DNA of 64,000 nt from Eledone cirrhosa (Eukaryota): the NCBI GenBank assembly GCA_964016885.1, contig OZ024743.1, positions 32,488,001 to 32,552,000 on the forward strand. The letters are read 5' to 3'. Below are positions 13,067-26,684 of this stretch, piece by piece. Made by a program: the position numbers and the translations under genes. The notes below the pieces were generated by a model. It saw only the letters and a program-made list of their open reading frames with translations, did no database searches and was not told the DNA's origin. The number at the start of each line of letters is the position of its first letter. Position 1 is the first letter of the stretch.

Positions 13067-14024
13067 CTATATAATCATAAGCCACCAGGAATTATAAATG
13101 CAACATCTATAACTCTAGGAAATATAATTGGTAATTCAAATAACCAAATTATATTTCAAATATTTGAATAGAATAAATAGATTTATAATCTCCACCGATA
13201 TTTGATGAGCAATATTGTTGAGATTTTAATTACTTTCTAATGATAACGAGACAACAAATCTGAACAATTTATTATGAAAACCAACACTATTTAATTAAAA
13301 ATTACATTTCATTAAATTAATTTAGCAATAACAGAAAACAAATATTTATGATAAAATAGTCAAGCAAAGCAGTGAAATGGTTCTGGGAGATTGTTAGCTT
13401 TCATCTTCGTCTCTCCCTACTAATCAAATTGGGAATACATACACACGTACATACATGCATACGTACATACATGCATACATAGATACATACACACATACAT
13501 ACATACCTGCATACATGCATACATAAATACATACACACATACATATATACATAGTGGAAGCCAATTTGTGTCCGAGTATGACCACTTCTTACAAAAAAAA
13601 CCCAGATATTGGCAAAAACATGTTATTGATGTTGCTGTCTCTGATGCCACCTTAGATGACTCATCAAACCATGAAGTAACTTACTGTGCAGGTAAGTTAC
13701 TCACGTGATTGAGTTTGATTGGAGTGGCATGCTTTGTGGTTGATTAGTTGTTTCAAGTGTTTCAACAATCAAACACCCTTATCAGAGTAAACAGTTGGGA
13801 TTGAGTAAGCCTTGGCTCATGTCCAGAAAGCCTTGACTCAACCATAGCCTTTTTTTTCTTGATCCACAGCTCAAAGAAAGAAATCCTCCCAGGAAATAGA
13901 AAATTTTTTTAAAATTTACCTGCTTGCAAGTTTCTGGAAGCTTCTAAGGCCAACTTTAGTGATGTCGTGGTGACACTTTCTAGAAACTTTAGCTGCTTCT
14001 AAATACTACTGCAACTTCGTGTGA

Positions 14025-14285
14025 TATAGGAATTGAGAGATCCCAGTTCTGATACTATGGGCATGTAGTTAGGATGTCTCAGAAAAGAATTGCTGGACAG
14101 ATTTTATGGGCAAAGCCAACTGGCAAGAGACCCAGGGGTACACCCTGAGCAAGATGGTTGGATAACATACATGAGCTTAGCTGGTCATGCTTGGAGACCC
14201 AGCTGAATCAATTGGAGGCGGTTGCTTCTGACAGGACCCATTGAGGACTCTGCCCCACGACCCTCTCAGTGGACAAAGAAGATAA
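14025..14285 (+). mobile_element. Expander/Rex3-like RTE 3' fragment
   Basis: YYGHVVRMSQKRIAGQILWAKPTGKRPRG...WLDNIHELSW; homologous to 26685-27000. Confidence 0.7.
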
Positions 14286-14625
14286 AGAGTTAAATACATA
14301 TCAAATATGCTGTGGTTGTCTATGTCAAGAGAGTAAATGGTTCGGTGAAGTGTCTTGTATCATTAGTGCTATCAACTAATAATCATGAACAGACTGTTCC
14401 TTTTAAATACTGATCTCTTGGGATTCTTCTTTGTTTTCCTCTTTGGGGAACACATACAGATAATGTGTCAGCTGAATAACTGTTCTTGTACATTGATATT
14501 ACATTTATTAGATAAATGAATTAATGAGCCATAGATGAAGTGATTCCTTACTGCTAAGGATATTTATTTATGTATGCCTATGTATGTATATCATCAGTAT
14601 CATCATTATTTTATGGGCATATAAG

Positions 14626-14659
<34 letters not shown>

Positions 14660-14709
14660 TATGAAATGTGTGTGTGCATCCAAATATGTCCCTCCCTTTC
14701 TCTCAATAT

Positions 14710-14766
<57 letters not shown>

Positions 14767-15206
14767 CACATATACACACACAAGTACACATAATCATTTT
14801 ACATCCATTTTCCATGTTGTGTATATATGCCAACATGGAAAAACAGACGTTAAATAATGATGGGTAGATAGATTTTTAGATAGATAGATATATGCATATG
14901 TATATGCGTATGTACATTTGAATATGTGTATGCGTGTCTGTTTGTGTGTGGTTGTGCATATTTGTGAAATTGTTATCTGATAAAATAATATATTATTTAA
15001 ATAGCAGACAAAGCAATGTGCTACTATTTTGTAATAAAAGCTGGGAACGAGGTGTTAGAAAATAGAAGTATAAAGCCAAATGTGTTATATTTATACATTA
15101 ATGTATAGCTAAATATGATAGGCAGCTTGATATGATTGTAAGTTCTCACTAAATTAAATACATTGCATGGTTTCAGTTCCCAACTAACTGAAGCCATATC
15201 ACTTAC

Positions 15207-15272
15207 TTTCTTAAATCTTTTTGTATAAACATTAAATGTGTCCATTTTCCACCCTCTTCTTCTTCTTTAACT
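15207..15272 (-). CDS. Host gene coding exon (VKEEEEGGKWTHLMFIQKDLR)
   Basis: Acceptor gctttag|A (or GAG 2 nt downstream), consensus donor AA|GTAAGT; phase 2 end joins the next exon to give K-Q-V. Confidence 0.72.
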
Positions 15273-15819
15273 CTAAAGCTTATTAGATATAATATAAAAA
15301 TTATTGCACAGTTGATTTATTTAAGTTAAAAAGAAATGTTGTGAGCTGGCAGTGTTAGGTACCTGTAACAAAAGACATCTAAGGAAGATAAAATATACAA
15401 TGATGGCTGACATAAAAACATTGGGCCTTGTAGGTAATGTAAGTTTATAATTTCATTTTGTAAATAGAGCCATGTTATTTAGAAGGTTTACAAGGTAGAA
15501 GTCTAGGGGCCTAACTGGGATTAGGGGCCTATCAATATTTTTGTTGAAGCTGAAGTACTGTTACTTGTAACCTAGGGCTTCAATAGTTAAAAACACTTTG
15601 TATTCATAATTAGTAAATATTCTGTATATTGTAAATGTTATATTTGATATCTCTTTTATTACACCAGAGTTAAGCTGTCAACTGTAGTTAAGTGAAAGAT
15701 TGAAGTGCCAGAGGGTGCTTGAAATAAGTGAAAGCCTTGTGACCCAGACTACAAAACCATCTAACTAATGGTGATGGTGACAAGGAAAGTGATGATTATA
15801 AAGACAAAAGAAAACTACA

Positions 15820-16015
15820 CTAACCCTTTCATTATTGTATTTATAGTTTAAGACAGAGCCTATGATTTCCAAAATAGTTTGAAAATAATCAAGAATTTGG
15901 AGGGATTTAGTAATATAACTATCTTTCTCATTATTAAGTGGGTTTTTGGAGAATAACTTAACAGAGATTTTGTTTTACATAAAATCCTAATGGAAGGCTT
16001 TTAGATTAAATATAA
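15820..16015 (+). mobile_element. Left part of an AT-rich MITE (family with gaaaataatcaagaattt core) split by the RTE LINE; resumes ~18103-18170
   Basis: Similar to uninterrupted copies near 22135-22380 and 33880-34110. Confidence 0.55.
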
Positions 16016-16019
16016 TCAG

Positions 16020-18102
16020 GCCATATCGACCCAATAGAGGGACCAGCAGTGTTAGTCGAGGGGAGTATAATAAGTAAGGCAATCAAGGATATGAAGACTG
16101 GTAAGGCGGCTGGGCCTTCGGAAATAGTTGCTGAGATGCTGAAGGCATCTGGCACGGTGGGACACACCATGGTCACCCGCATAGTTAACCAAGTCGTACA
16201 AAACGGGGTTGTTCCGAAGGACTGGCATAGCAGCATCATCGTTAACTGTTATAAGGGTAAAGGAGACGCCCTAGATAGGAGTAACTATAGAGGCATTAAA
16301 TTAATCGACCAGGTCATGAAGGTCACGGAAAGAGTAATAGCGCAACTAATCAGAGAGAGAATTGACCTAGATGAAATGCAGTTCGGGTTTGTGTCAGGCA
16401 AAAGTACCACAGACGCTCTTTTCATAGTACGACAACTACAAGAGAAGTACCTAGCTAAAGGTAAACCCCTCTACTTAGCTTTTGTCGACTTGGAGAAAGC
16501 CTTCGACAGAGTCCCCCGCTCCATTATCTGGTGGGCTCTTAGAAAACTAGGCGTTGACGAATGGCTTGTGAGGGCTATACAAGCCATGTATAAAGAAACA
16601 GTCAGCAAGGTTAGAATTAACAACGAATATAGTGAAGAGTTTAGCGTAAAAGTCGGCGTCCATCAGGGCTCTGTTCTCAGTCCACTACTATTTATTATTG
16701 CCCTTCAGGCCATAACAGAGGAGTTCAAGACAGGCTGCCCATGGGAACTCCTATACGCAGACGACCTGACACTCATAGCGGAATCAATGGCCGAGCTAGA
16801 GAAGAAATTCCAAACATGGAAGCACGGCCTAGAGTCAAAAGGACTTAAAATTAACCTGGCTAAGACCAAAGTACTAGTTTGTAGGAAAGAAAACAAGGCG
16901 GCGGTCCCTTCTGGGAAATGGTCGTGCTCGGTGTGTAGGAAAGGCGTAGGTAGAAACTCCATTTTATGTCCTAAATGCAAAGTATGGGTGCATAAAAGAT
17001 GTAGTGGGATCACAGGTAGGCTAACTAAGAACATAGATTTTACATGTGGCCGGTGCTCTGGTGCAATAAGTAGCAGCAAGTGCCCACAAACTACTAGCTC
17101 TTTCAATTGCGCAGAGGGTTCTATAGAAATAGTGGACAGCTTCCGTTACCTGGGCGATAAAATCAGCAGTGGGGGAGGGTGCTGTGAAAGTACTGTAGCT
17201 AGAGTCAGAACTGGTTGGAAAAAGTTCAGAGAGCTTATACCACTATTAGCTGCTAAAGGGTTCTCACTAAAAATGAAAGGCAGGTTGTACGATGCCTGCA
17301 TACGAACAGCAATGCTGCATGGCAGTGAGACCTGGGCATTGTGTGCAGAGGATATACGCAGACTAGAGAGGAACGAAGCTTGCATGCTCCGCTGGATGTG
17401 TAACAGTAATATACGTGAACGGCAAAGCATAAACGAACTAAGGAATAAATTAGAGATAAGAGGGATCAGATGTTGTTTACTCGAGAGAAGGCTACGTTGG
17501 TATGGACACGTGATGCGCATGAAAGTCGATAGCTGTATAACAAAGTGCAGGGCAATAAAGATAGACGGTAGTCACGGAATAGGCAGACCTAGAAAAACCT
17601 GGGACGAGCTGATAAACTCCGACATCACACACTTACACCTCTCCAAGACAATGTCACTGGACCGAGACCTTTGGCGGTACTCAGTAACAGAGAAGACCCG
17701 CCTTACCTAAATATATAGTAAAACCTACTCCAGCCAGTAGGCATCTCTAACAAATACACCCCGTCCCACCACCCCCACCCGATCCACACCACCCCGTTCT
17801 ATGTAAAGTTATGTTGGTGCCGCGCCATCGAGGCCGAAACAAATGAGATCGTGTAGGTGTCACGACAAAAAAACACACAGTCCACGCTGTAATGTGGCCG
17901 TGTAGGCAACACGGTAAAAACCTCCCAGACCCACACTGTAAATGTGGTTGGTGTTAGGAAGGGCATCCAACTGTAGAAAACCTGCCAGACAGTCCTATGC
18001 GAGCAAGACAATCACTCTTGCCTCAAGTGGGACTACCCCCGTCCAAACCCATGCAAGCGTGGAACACGGACGTTAAACGTTGATGATGATGATGATGATG
18101 AT
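16020..18102 (+). mobile_element. 5'-truncated RTE LINE with uninterrupted 553-aa RT/PHD ORF (16049-17710), long 3' UTR and (GAT)n tail
   Basis: RT motifs DLEKAFD, GVHQGSVLSP, YADD, FRYLG; RTE C-terminal RRLRWYGHVMRM, GRPRKTW. Confidence 0.95.
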
Positions 18103-20724
18103 GTAAAAACAAACAGTTTTGTATTGTGGAACTTGGGATAGTTTTTTGCCAGTTTGATATCAAAGGCTCTAAGATGAAACAAGGTGTAAGAGTGTGATAC
18201 TAAACTGTAGACCAACTGTTTGATGACAATACAAGAAGACATTGTAAAGAATTGTAGATTGAGATCTAATTGACACTCTGTAAAGTAGTAGTGTTGGTGC
18301 CTTGATAAAATGCCCCAATACACTCTGTAAAGTAGTAGTGTTGGTGCCATGATAAAATGTCCCAGTACTTTACATAAAGTGGTTGACATTAGAAAAGCCA
18401 CTCAACCATAGAAACCATGCCAAAGATGAGGATTATGAGCAAAGCATGGTTTTCTGACACATTTAGACTCAGGCCATGTTAACCTCTCCAACACATGCCA
18501 ACAAGAAAGACAAATATACATGATGATGATGATAATAATATTGATACAAAAGTCTCAAACTTTTGAAGACCTGACATAGGAAAGAATATTTCCAAGAGTC
18601 TAAAAGATATGAAATGTTTGAAGAAATAATTTCATCACAGACAGATTTAGCAGCAATTATGTAAATTAATTTCAGCAACAAGATTAAAATTTGTTGGGAA
18701 ATGTTCAGTCATTTGATTTAACATAGCTTGAGGTCATTTGTGTAGCATAATAGCTGACTTCACAATTTAGTATTTCTTTTAAAATTCCTGTCAGATTTTA
18801 GTAATATGGTAAGTTGTTAGGTGATGGATTGCTTGAAGCAAAATAGACAAAGGAAGAGAAAATTGATAAGAAAATCCAAGGGATGCTAAATAACTCACCA
18901 AAGAATCAATCATTAGTTCATATCTTGTGGTAAGCATAGCAGCATACCTATGGTCAAAATATTAAACCCTTGATAGCCCAGTAACTGTCAGTGGGAACTA
19001 ACTACAGGGTGATATAGTTCATATAAGCATCCTTTAGTAGATATATGATCAAAAGCATTCCAGCCATGACTGCATTGCCCTTTTTTCATATATCATCTAT
19101 ATCAAATACCATATTATCAAATGCAAACTTTAGATGTTGTTTTATAGATATTAGTGTAATTTGGCTGTTATTTTTAGCCCCATGAATAACCACATAGAAT
19201 ATATTTTTTGTGTATATTTACCGACAGACGAAAATACTTTTATATCATACTAAATCATCAAACGCAGTCTTTAGATATCCTTTTGTGATACAATAGGGAA
19301 TGATCTAAAAGAAATTTGGCTGATGTTTCTAGCTCTTTGAGCAACCACAAAAAAGCTCCCCAGTTGGCTTATAACTCTGTATCTTTCCATGCTAAGTTCT
19401 ACCTCTCCAATAAATATAACTACAATGGTATTGTGTCCATTTGCTTTGATTAATCTACCCAAATAGTAGCCATGTTACCTGACATTCAAATATGATGTTG
19501 GAAGATGATTAGTTTTGGTTTAGTTGAGGGTATACATATCAACTTCAAAATTCAAGAAGGCATCTAAAATATTCTACATCATTATTTTCTTTAATCTATT
19601 TCCTAATTAAATCTTAGAATTGAATTCATGCCAACTAATAAAAAAGATAAAAGATAGAGAATGTAATTTGGTTCACATGATCAACCTTTAACTATAATTT
19701 CTCTTGTGTAAAGTAACTCTGGGAGCAACATTTTATCTCCATATGTTGCAATTATTTTCCAGATAATTTCTTCAGAGTTCTGGAAGTTAAGTTTCAACTG
19801 AACTGACATTATTCAATTCACCCCCAATACACAGTGAAATGCAACTGCAATATATGAAATGATGACCCAGCATTTTATTTTTTCAATTCAAATCCATCTT
19901 GTCATTTCACCTCTTTAAAACTACACTTGAAACCTATAACAAAACAATAATCATATAATTATCTGTCCTTGAAACATGTTTCCTTAAAATCCCAAGAGTT
20001 AAAAACCAGTAATCTATCAAAAGCTGTAGAAAGTTGACTGGTAGATAGTAGGTTGGATTTATTTATTTTTTAAGACATCACAACAAAGTTTTCTGCAATC
20101 TTTAGACTTAAATTTATATAAATGAAGTGTTAAATTATTTTTGTGGCTGTCCATATTCATATAATCTTCTGATTCACAAAGGTACATTTAACATATCTAA
20201 GGGACCAGTGTAATATCCTTCATAATGCAACACATATTTAGTACTTTGTGGTTTTCTAGGAAGAAAAGCTTATAGTTTCTGGAATGTTTTATTACTTTGC
20301 TTGAAGAAGGAGAGTTACTATAGCGCCATAATCCTATAATGTTAACATATACAGTAGAAAGAGCATTTTAAACATAAGTTTGACTGACAAAACCCAAAGC
20401 TTTTCCAGCTCCCTCTATGTTGTGGTTAGTGTGGTTACTGCCTAGTTTGAACTGTTGTAGGTTATTTGTTGTCAGGGAAAGACATAGGTAGGAAGGAAAT
20501 CTAAAGGATTATTCAACAGAAGGATTGAGTAGAATGGTTGTTGAGGCCAATTGATGAAAAGAAGAGGGAGATTAGACAGAAATGAGTAGAGGGAGAAAGT
20601 ACAGAGGAATATCAGCTAGTGTAGTTATGATATATAAGACAGAAAGAAGATTAATGCTGGAAGTCTTATCTACTAAGCAGAAACCAGTAACCATTTTCTT
20701 TAAGAGTCGTCCTTTTTGTTCATA

Positions 20725-20965
20725 ATCTTCATGAACAGGATTGACATGCAGAGTCAGATTGGATGTTGTATCAAAACCTGTGGGTGTAGGATCAGTCGAC
20801 TGAAATTTACAGATGACATGGTGTTACGGCTCATTAGCAGGTGATCTCTGACTTGCGCTGGGAAAGTTTGCAGCCAAGTGCTGCATGGCAGAAATGAAAA
20901 TAAGTGCTGCAAAGACTGAAACATTCATCCTATCAAGAAAGCTTGCACAGTGCCTTTGCATATGA
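20725..20965 (+). mobile_element. Expander-like RTE RT fragment
   Basis: MNRIDMQS...RLKFTDDMV...FAAKCCMAEMKISAAKTE; homologous to the minus-strand copy at 27250-27500. Confidence 0.6.
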
Positions 20966-22527
20966 GTAGAGTTAAATTGATGCAGAAATAACTGGGGGGA
21001 GGAAGAATAAATCCAATCTTTGGTATGTGTAGTCTTGGCAATAAGAAAAATGTATAGATGATATTAAAGATAATCAGAGAGTTAGTTTTTTTTTTATAGA
21101 AAAACAAAAGTTGGTGAGAAGTTCTAAAGAGCTATAATTCTTGTGTTGAACTGAATATTGATGGGGGACACTGAATACTTTACTTGGTTGATACAATTTT
21201 GTATCTTAGAACCATTTTTAGGGGTTTGGTATCAAAAGAGTTAACTAAATATAAAAATCAGTATGATTTAAAATATGTTAAATGCAAGAAAAAACATGAT
21301 ATCCAATAGCCCTTGTAAAACATGACAATCCCAGATGTTGAATTAATAAGTGCAAATCCATATGTAGTGAAAGTGTATCCTGGTTATTTACCTAACCCTT
21401 CCCGAAATAGATACCTTTGAGTTACACTTTACAGGAAGGATGATTCTGATGTTCTGCTGTCAGATTTTTGGCAGTTCTTCTCAACACAGATGTAACTTTG
21501 CTTACAATGACTTACAATAGTATGAAACACAGTAACTGTGAGGTTAAAGTTTTGCACTGTTGACTATATGGTCATGAGTTCAAACTTTACCACCTCAGTG
21601 ATAAGAGCAAAATGAACCCTAACATGATTCAGACTAAAAACAATTTGCTAGAACTAGATACAGCTGAGGATTCATGATGCCTGTTGTAAATTATTCAACC
21701 CAACATTTTACAGTCTCAGCTTTCTACACTTCACTAACAATAATCAAACATCTCATTATGAACATTTTCAACCTGTCTCTGACTTTCTAGTAAACAATAC
21801 ATTCAAAGCAGCTTAGGCCATGTGTGTGTGTCTGTTCGTGGGTGTGGAAACAAAGCAACAGAACATTAGGTGTGTCTTCATAGCAACTTTTTCAGTACAT
21901 TATACAGATTTAGCTGTTTGCGTTTATAACCGTTGCTTGAATTTGCAACTACTCTTTACATCTAGAAAATATGATAACAAACATTTGAAGGTCCCTGCTA
22001 GGTAAACAAGCTCCTGATAAAGCTACAATACAATCGAATTCCAGCTACTATAGGGTAGCATGAGATTCACCGAATTATTTTTCTTCTGTAAACGACTTTT
22101 ATTAAAGAATGTGTACATATATATATACATTCATAACCCATCTATTATCATATTTCTAATGAAAGACAGCCAATGATTTCCAAATCATTTTGAAAATAAT
22201 CAAGAATTTGGAAAGCTTTAGTAATATAACTAACTTTCTTTTTATTAAACTGGTGTTTGTTACATACCAAAGTTTTTTTTACATATCGTTATGATTGCAG
22301 GTTTTTAATAAATATAAACACTTGAAAACAAATAGCTTACTATTGTGGAACAAGGAATGGTTTCAGGGTTAAATAAAAGTTGTATACAAGGAATTCTTTA
22401 ACATATGCACACAGACACATATATATATATATATACATATATATTGAATATATTGTAAATTAGGTACACATTTTCATAAAATGCTCAAGTATCTTGACAG
22501 TGGTTTCCTATAGGTGAATTCCATTAC

Positions 22528-22629
22528 CAGAGATGATCCACAAATCCTGGAAGCATACACTTCCAGGGAAACTGATACTTAATGTTGGCCTAGCACAAGT
22601 GAATCCTCTGCAATAATGGAAATCAACTA
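22528..22629 (-). CDS. Host gene coding exon 4 ((L)VDFHYCRGFTCARPTLSISFPGSVCFQDLWIIS)
   Basis: Acceptor gtctttcag|TA, donor G|GTAATG; 102 nt, phase 1 to 1, open frame. Confidence 0.72.
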
Positions 22630-22984
22630 CTGAAAGACCATCATCATGAAATTTAAGTATTTTATGAAAATGTATGCCTAGTTCACCATATCTAAATACT
22701 TATAAAAAGGAAGTTTGTTTGTACTTTGACTGCTAAATAAAATTGATAATAAATAAAGTTTTTCATATGTTTTTACCTAATCTGACCTTTAACAAGATCA
22801 CTGTCGATTTATTTTCTGAAAACAGAATTGGGGGAGGGAGTTGGGAGAGACTTTACTGCCCTTTCTAGCATGTAGATACTATCTGTTCATCCATCATCTA
22901 TTTATATGGCTATACCCTTATAAAAAGGAAGTTTGTTTATAGGTTGACCACTAATAACACTAAATAAAATTGATAACAATTGAT

Positions 22985-23385
22985 AACACAAAATTATTAA
23001 CCATCTTGCAACAACAACCCTGAACACCTTTTCGATTTCCATGTGTCTAACACACTTGGGCATGCCTACAAAGTCAGAAAACAGCAAAGCTCCCATGACT
23101 TTTGGAAACATTTTTTTCATGCTCAGAGTTGCTGAAGCATGGAACAAACTACCTGCATCAGTTGTTAGCTGCCGAGACACTACATCCTTTAAAACCTTCA
23201 TGCTTCCTGAGATTCGCCAACACTACACCTAATATTCCCACTCCATACACACGCATACATGTATTTCATGACTCATACACTGTTCATTTTCCTGACATTT
23301 GTACATTATTCTATGTACTATACATGCACCTTTGATGAGTTGTAGTGCACCTGAGCACTGTACACAATAATTTCATTATTATTAT
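22985..23385 (+). mobile_element. CR1-like LINE 3' end with (ATT)n tail
   Basis: LGHAYKVRK...FFMLRVAEAWNKLPASVVSCRDTTSFK; its 3' UTR recurs at 39217-39340. Confidence 0.8.
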
Positions 23386-24973
23386 AATAATTAATGTTTT
23401 TCATGTATTTTTATCTAATCTGACCTTCAACAAGATCACAATCAATTTTTTTTCTCCGAAATCAGAATGGAGCGATCCTCAGATTCTTCTAGCCTCGGAG
23501 ATTTCTTCATTGCTAATAATTCAAGCTAATAATTCAAGCTTGAAAAATTGGAAAACATTATTTTTTGTAATATATCAAATCAAAATTACATTATTAAATC
23601 TTATTCTTATTTTATTTCTTGTAAATAATTTTTCTTGTAAATAATTTTTTCAAAATATCAATTGAAAAATTTGTGAATCTTGTCATTTACCTATGGTTTA
23701 AATTTCATATAAATCAGATGGAAAACATTTTCAGCAGGGGTTTTCAGTGGGGGTTTTGTGCCCTTGGGGAATCCTTTGATTAAAATGAAATATACTTATC
23801 GAAGTACCTTGAGCAATGTAGTTTCAGAATATATATGGTTACAGGGGTCTATCTCCCAAACCATAGGAGTAGTTTGTGAACAAACAAACAGGAATACAAC
23901 TTGATGATATATATATATAATCATCATCATCATCATCATATAAGGCATATAAATCGAAGTTGTAGCCACCATATAGCAGGTACTAATCGAATTGTTTGAG
24001 GCAATCACAAAGTACTCAATGGACCAAGAAGTTAATACATTATCGTCCAGAGTAAACACAAAAGTTAAAAAGTGTGACACCAAGAAAATCGACCGAAGGA
24101 AGTGGCCATACATATATCACAAAAACAACATATATATATGTGGGTGGGGGGGGGGGGGGGGTTTGTTCCTATTCATAAACATTCCACAAAGAAGTTGAAG
24201 TGAAATTAGGTTTTAGACAGTCAAACAAACAAAGCCACTAAAGATGTCCCTTGGCCAGAAGTTCAATACAGTTTGTTCACCAAGGTTTGAACCCATGATC
24301 ACATGATCAGTCATCCAGTTCATTAACTTCACTACACTTGTTTTTTCAGAGAAAATTAATTTCCTTCTAAGGTGCACAAACCTAATTATAGTAGTTTTCA
24401 GCATTATTGTTCTAAGAACATGTGTGTTAATTTAAAATTTCAAACCCACAAGTAACGTTTTCCTATAAACCTTTTAATGATGTTATGAATGCAATTGACA
24501 ATAAGTAGGAGACACTTTGGTCTATGTGTGTATGTAGATGCATGTGGCTGTGTTTGTGTATAGGAATATATGTGTACATGTCTATATGTGTATGTGGTTT
24601 TGTAAGTAAATGTATTTATAGACATTGCTATGCAGGTGTGCATGTTTATGTATGAATGTATGCATACCAATTTCATAAGACTCATTTTATATTTTCCATG
24701 GAATACTAAAACTGTTTACCTTTTCTATTATTTAGATATATACCAGCATATTTATGTGTATACCAATGGTATACCCGAGCTACTGAAACCCAGTGCTGAA
24801 CATTACACAAAGGTATGATTGCACCTTATTTTATAAATTCATTTTCAGATATGTAAATATTAGTAAATTGTTTATGTATTAATTGGTTGATTATACATTA
24901 CAGTCTATAACATGTGATGAAATACATATTTTCTGTATGTAACCATACTTTCTATGCTGTCATAACTGTAGCC

Positions 24974-25160
24974 CAGTGGTTCCCAAAGTGGGTTACACAG
25001 AACCCAAGGGTTCTGCAAAGGATTGTCTGGGGTTCTGTGAAAAAAGGTAGAGAAGTATATTTATATTACGACCATATAACAGTATTAGACTTTGGGGTTC
25101 CCCCAAAAGTTTCTGAATAAAAAAAAGGTTTCTGTGTTTGAAAAAGTTTGGGAAACCCTG
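24974..25160. mobile_element. hAT (Charlie-like) MITE
   Basis: TIR CAGTGGTTCCCAAA / TTTGGGAAACCCTG; 8-bp TSD ctgtagcc/ctatagcc. Confidence 0.8.
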
Positions 25161-25499
25161 CTATAGCCTGTTGGCTTTGACCATGGTGTTGATAGATGAT
25201 AAGTTTTTTGCCATTTTTTATACAATTATTTCAGTCGTCTGCAACACCACATTATGATATTTCTCCAAATTCAACCTTATCGCTTAAACCTGGATGCTGC
25301 TGTTTGCACAACAAAGGAGCAGAAGATGATAAAATACCAGGCAGTAGAGGGACAGGTTCCATTTTGTACCATTCACCATTGAAACCTCTAGTGGACTGCC
25401 ATTTTCCTCAGTCAAATATGTATGAAGGTATCGTACCTACAAAAGAAACCACGAGGTGGAATGACTGATGCAGTAAAGTCATCAAACGTGAAATTACAT

Positions 25500-25890
25500 A
25501 TCTCCTCAGCTGCCACTCAGATACAAGTATCGAGGTCAGTGAGGAGAGATGCATGGCTGTAGCAAGGAGCATTACGAAATGTGTAAAGGAGCTTTGGCAT
25601 AGCGAAGCAGTTCCTCAACAGGAAGAGGGCTGGATCTGCTTGTGAGGGTATTGAGTTGCTGGAGCCTGGACCTGATGGTGGAGTGGATGGCCAGTGGAAG
25701 GATCGGTGACCCAAGGATGAGGGTATCCTCTTTTGGAGTCACCTGCACTTGGCAGAGAATGGATCGCAGATCCAAAATGGAGGATGCAAAGCCTTCTGCT
25801 TCCTGGGTGACATTCAGAATCTCCGATTTGGACAAATTGACCTCAAGGCTGATTCTTACCAGAACATGAGCAATATTGTCCAATCACGGG
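25500..25890 (-). mobile_element. CRE-clade non-LTR retrotransposon RT fragment
   Basis: LEVNLSKSE...ILGSPI and ALFLLRNCFAMPKLLYTFRNAPC in adjacent frames. Confidence 0.7.
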
Positions 25891-26684
25891 TGAACATTTC
25901 CTTCTCCCTTTTTTTTATTTTATTTTTGTTCTCTTTTTATTTTGTCTTCTGTTTTATGAATTAGAAATGTTCTGTTTCTCACTTTGGTCATGTGACCTTG
26001 TATGATAATGTTATTGGCAAAAGGTCTCTTTCTGTCTGTTTTTGCCTCTTCCCTGTCTCATTCCCTGATGGCTTTCAATTGCTTTTAACCCCGTTGATAA
26101 TGTTATGAACCTGAGCCATCATGTACCAAATGCTGAATTGTCCAATGTAGTCATGAATGTAACTACTTCATTCTGATTATATTAATTTTCTTCTTAATCT
26201 TTGTGTTGCATTTATCAGTGGGTCCATCATCTAAACCATCTTCTTTACTCTTTTAGCAGTTCAGGATGATACTGCTATACCAGTCATTAGGAATGACCCC
26301 TTCCTGTAGTACTAAGCATTTATCCCATTTAGCAAAATATTTTCAGCATCTCAACAATAATCAGTGATAATCTGGCTGCTTTATCTACATTCATATTTTT
26401 ATAACGATTTTAAATACACAGCTGTTAATTTCAAATGCTAGTCCCTCTCTAGAGACTAACTGGAGCAGTCACTCTCTCTACCACACATTCTCATACAATT
26501 ACCTCTTAAAGTAACATTTCTTCTTATTGAGATTGAATGTGCTGCCATCATTTCATACATACTTTCACCAATGATGTCTGATATTTACTGACTGACACAC
26601 TTTGAAATCCCAAAGACTATATGTATATGCACACATACATACACACATATATATAAATATCTCTTAAAACATGTAGATACCTTC

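Noticed and set aside
16705-17520. Antisense ORFs over the RTE copies (also 37044-38127, 60426-61957)
   Set aside because: Shadow frames of the RT coding strand
18898-19800. Several short exon-like segments (YAAMLTTRYELMIDSL; IIPYCITKGYLKTAFDDL; NSEEIIWKIIATYG)
   Set aside because: Phases do not chain with the flanking exons using good splice sites; may be chance
25196-25468. Exon or small ORF
   Set aside because: Acceptor-like site on the minus strand gives a stop in the phase required between exons 3 and 4, and the model does not need it
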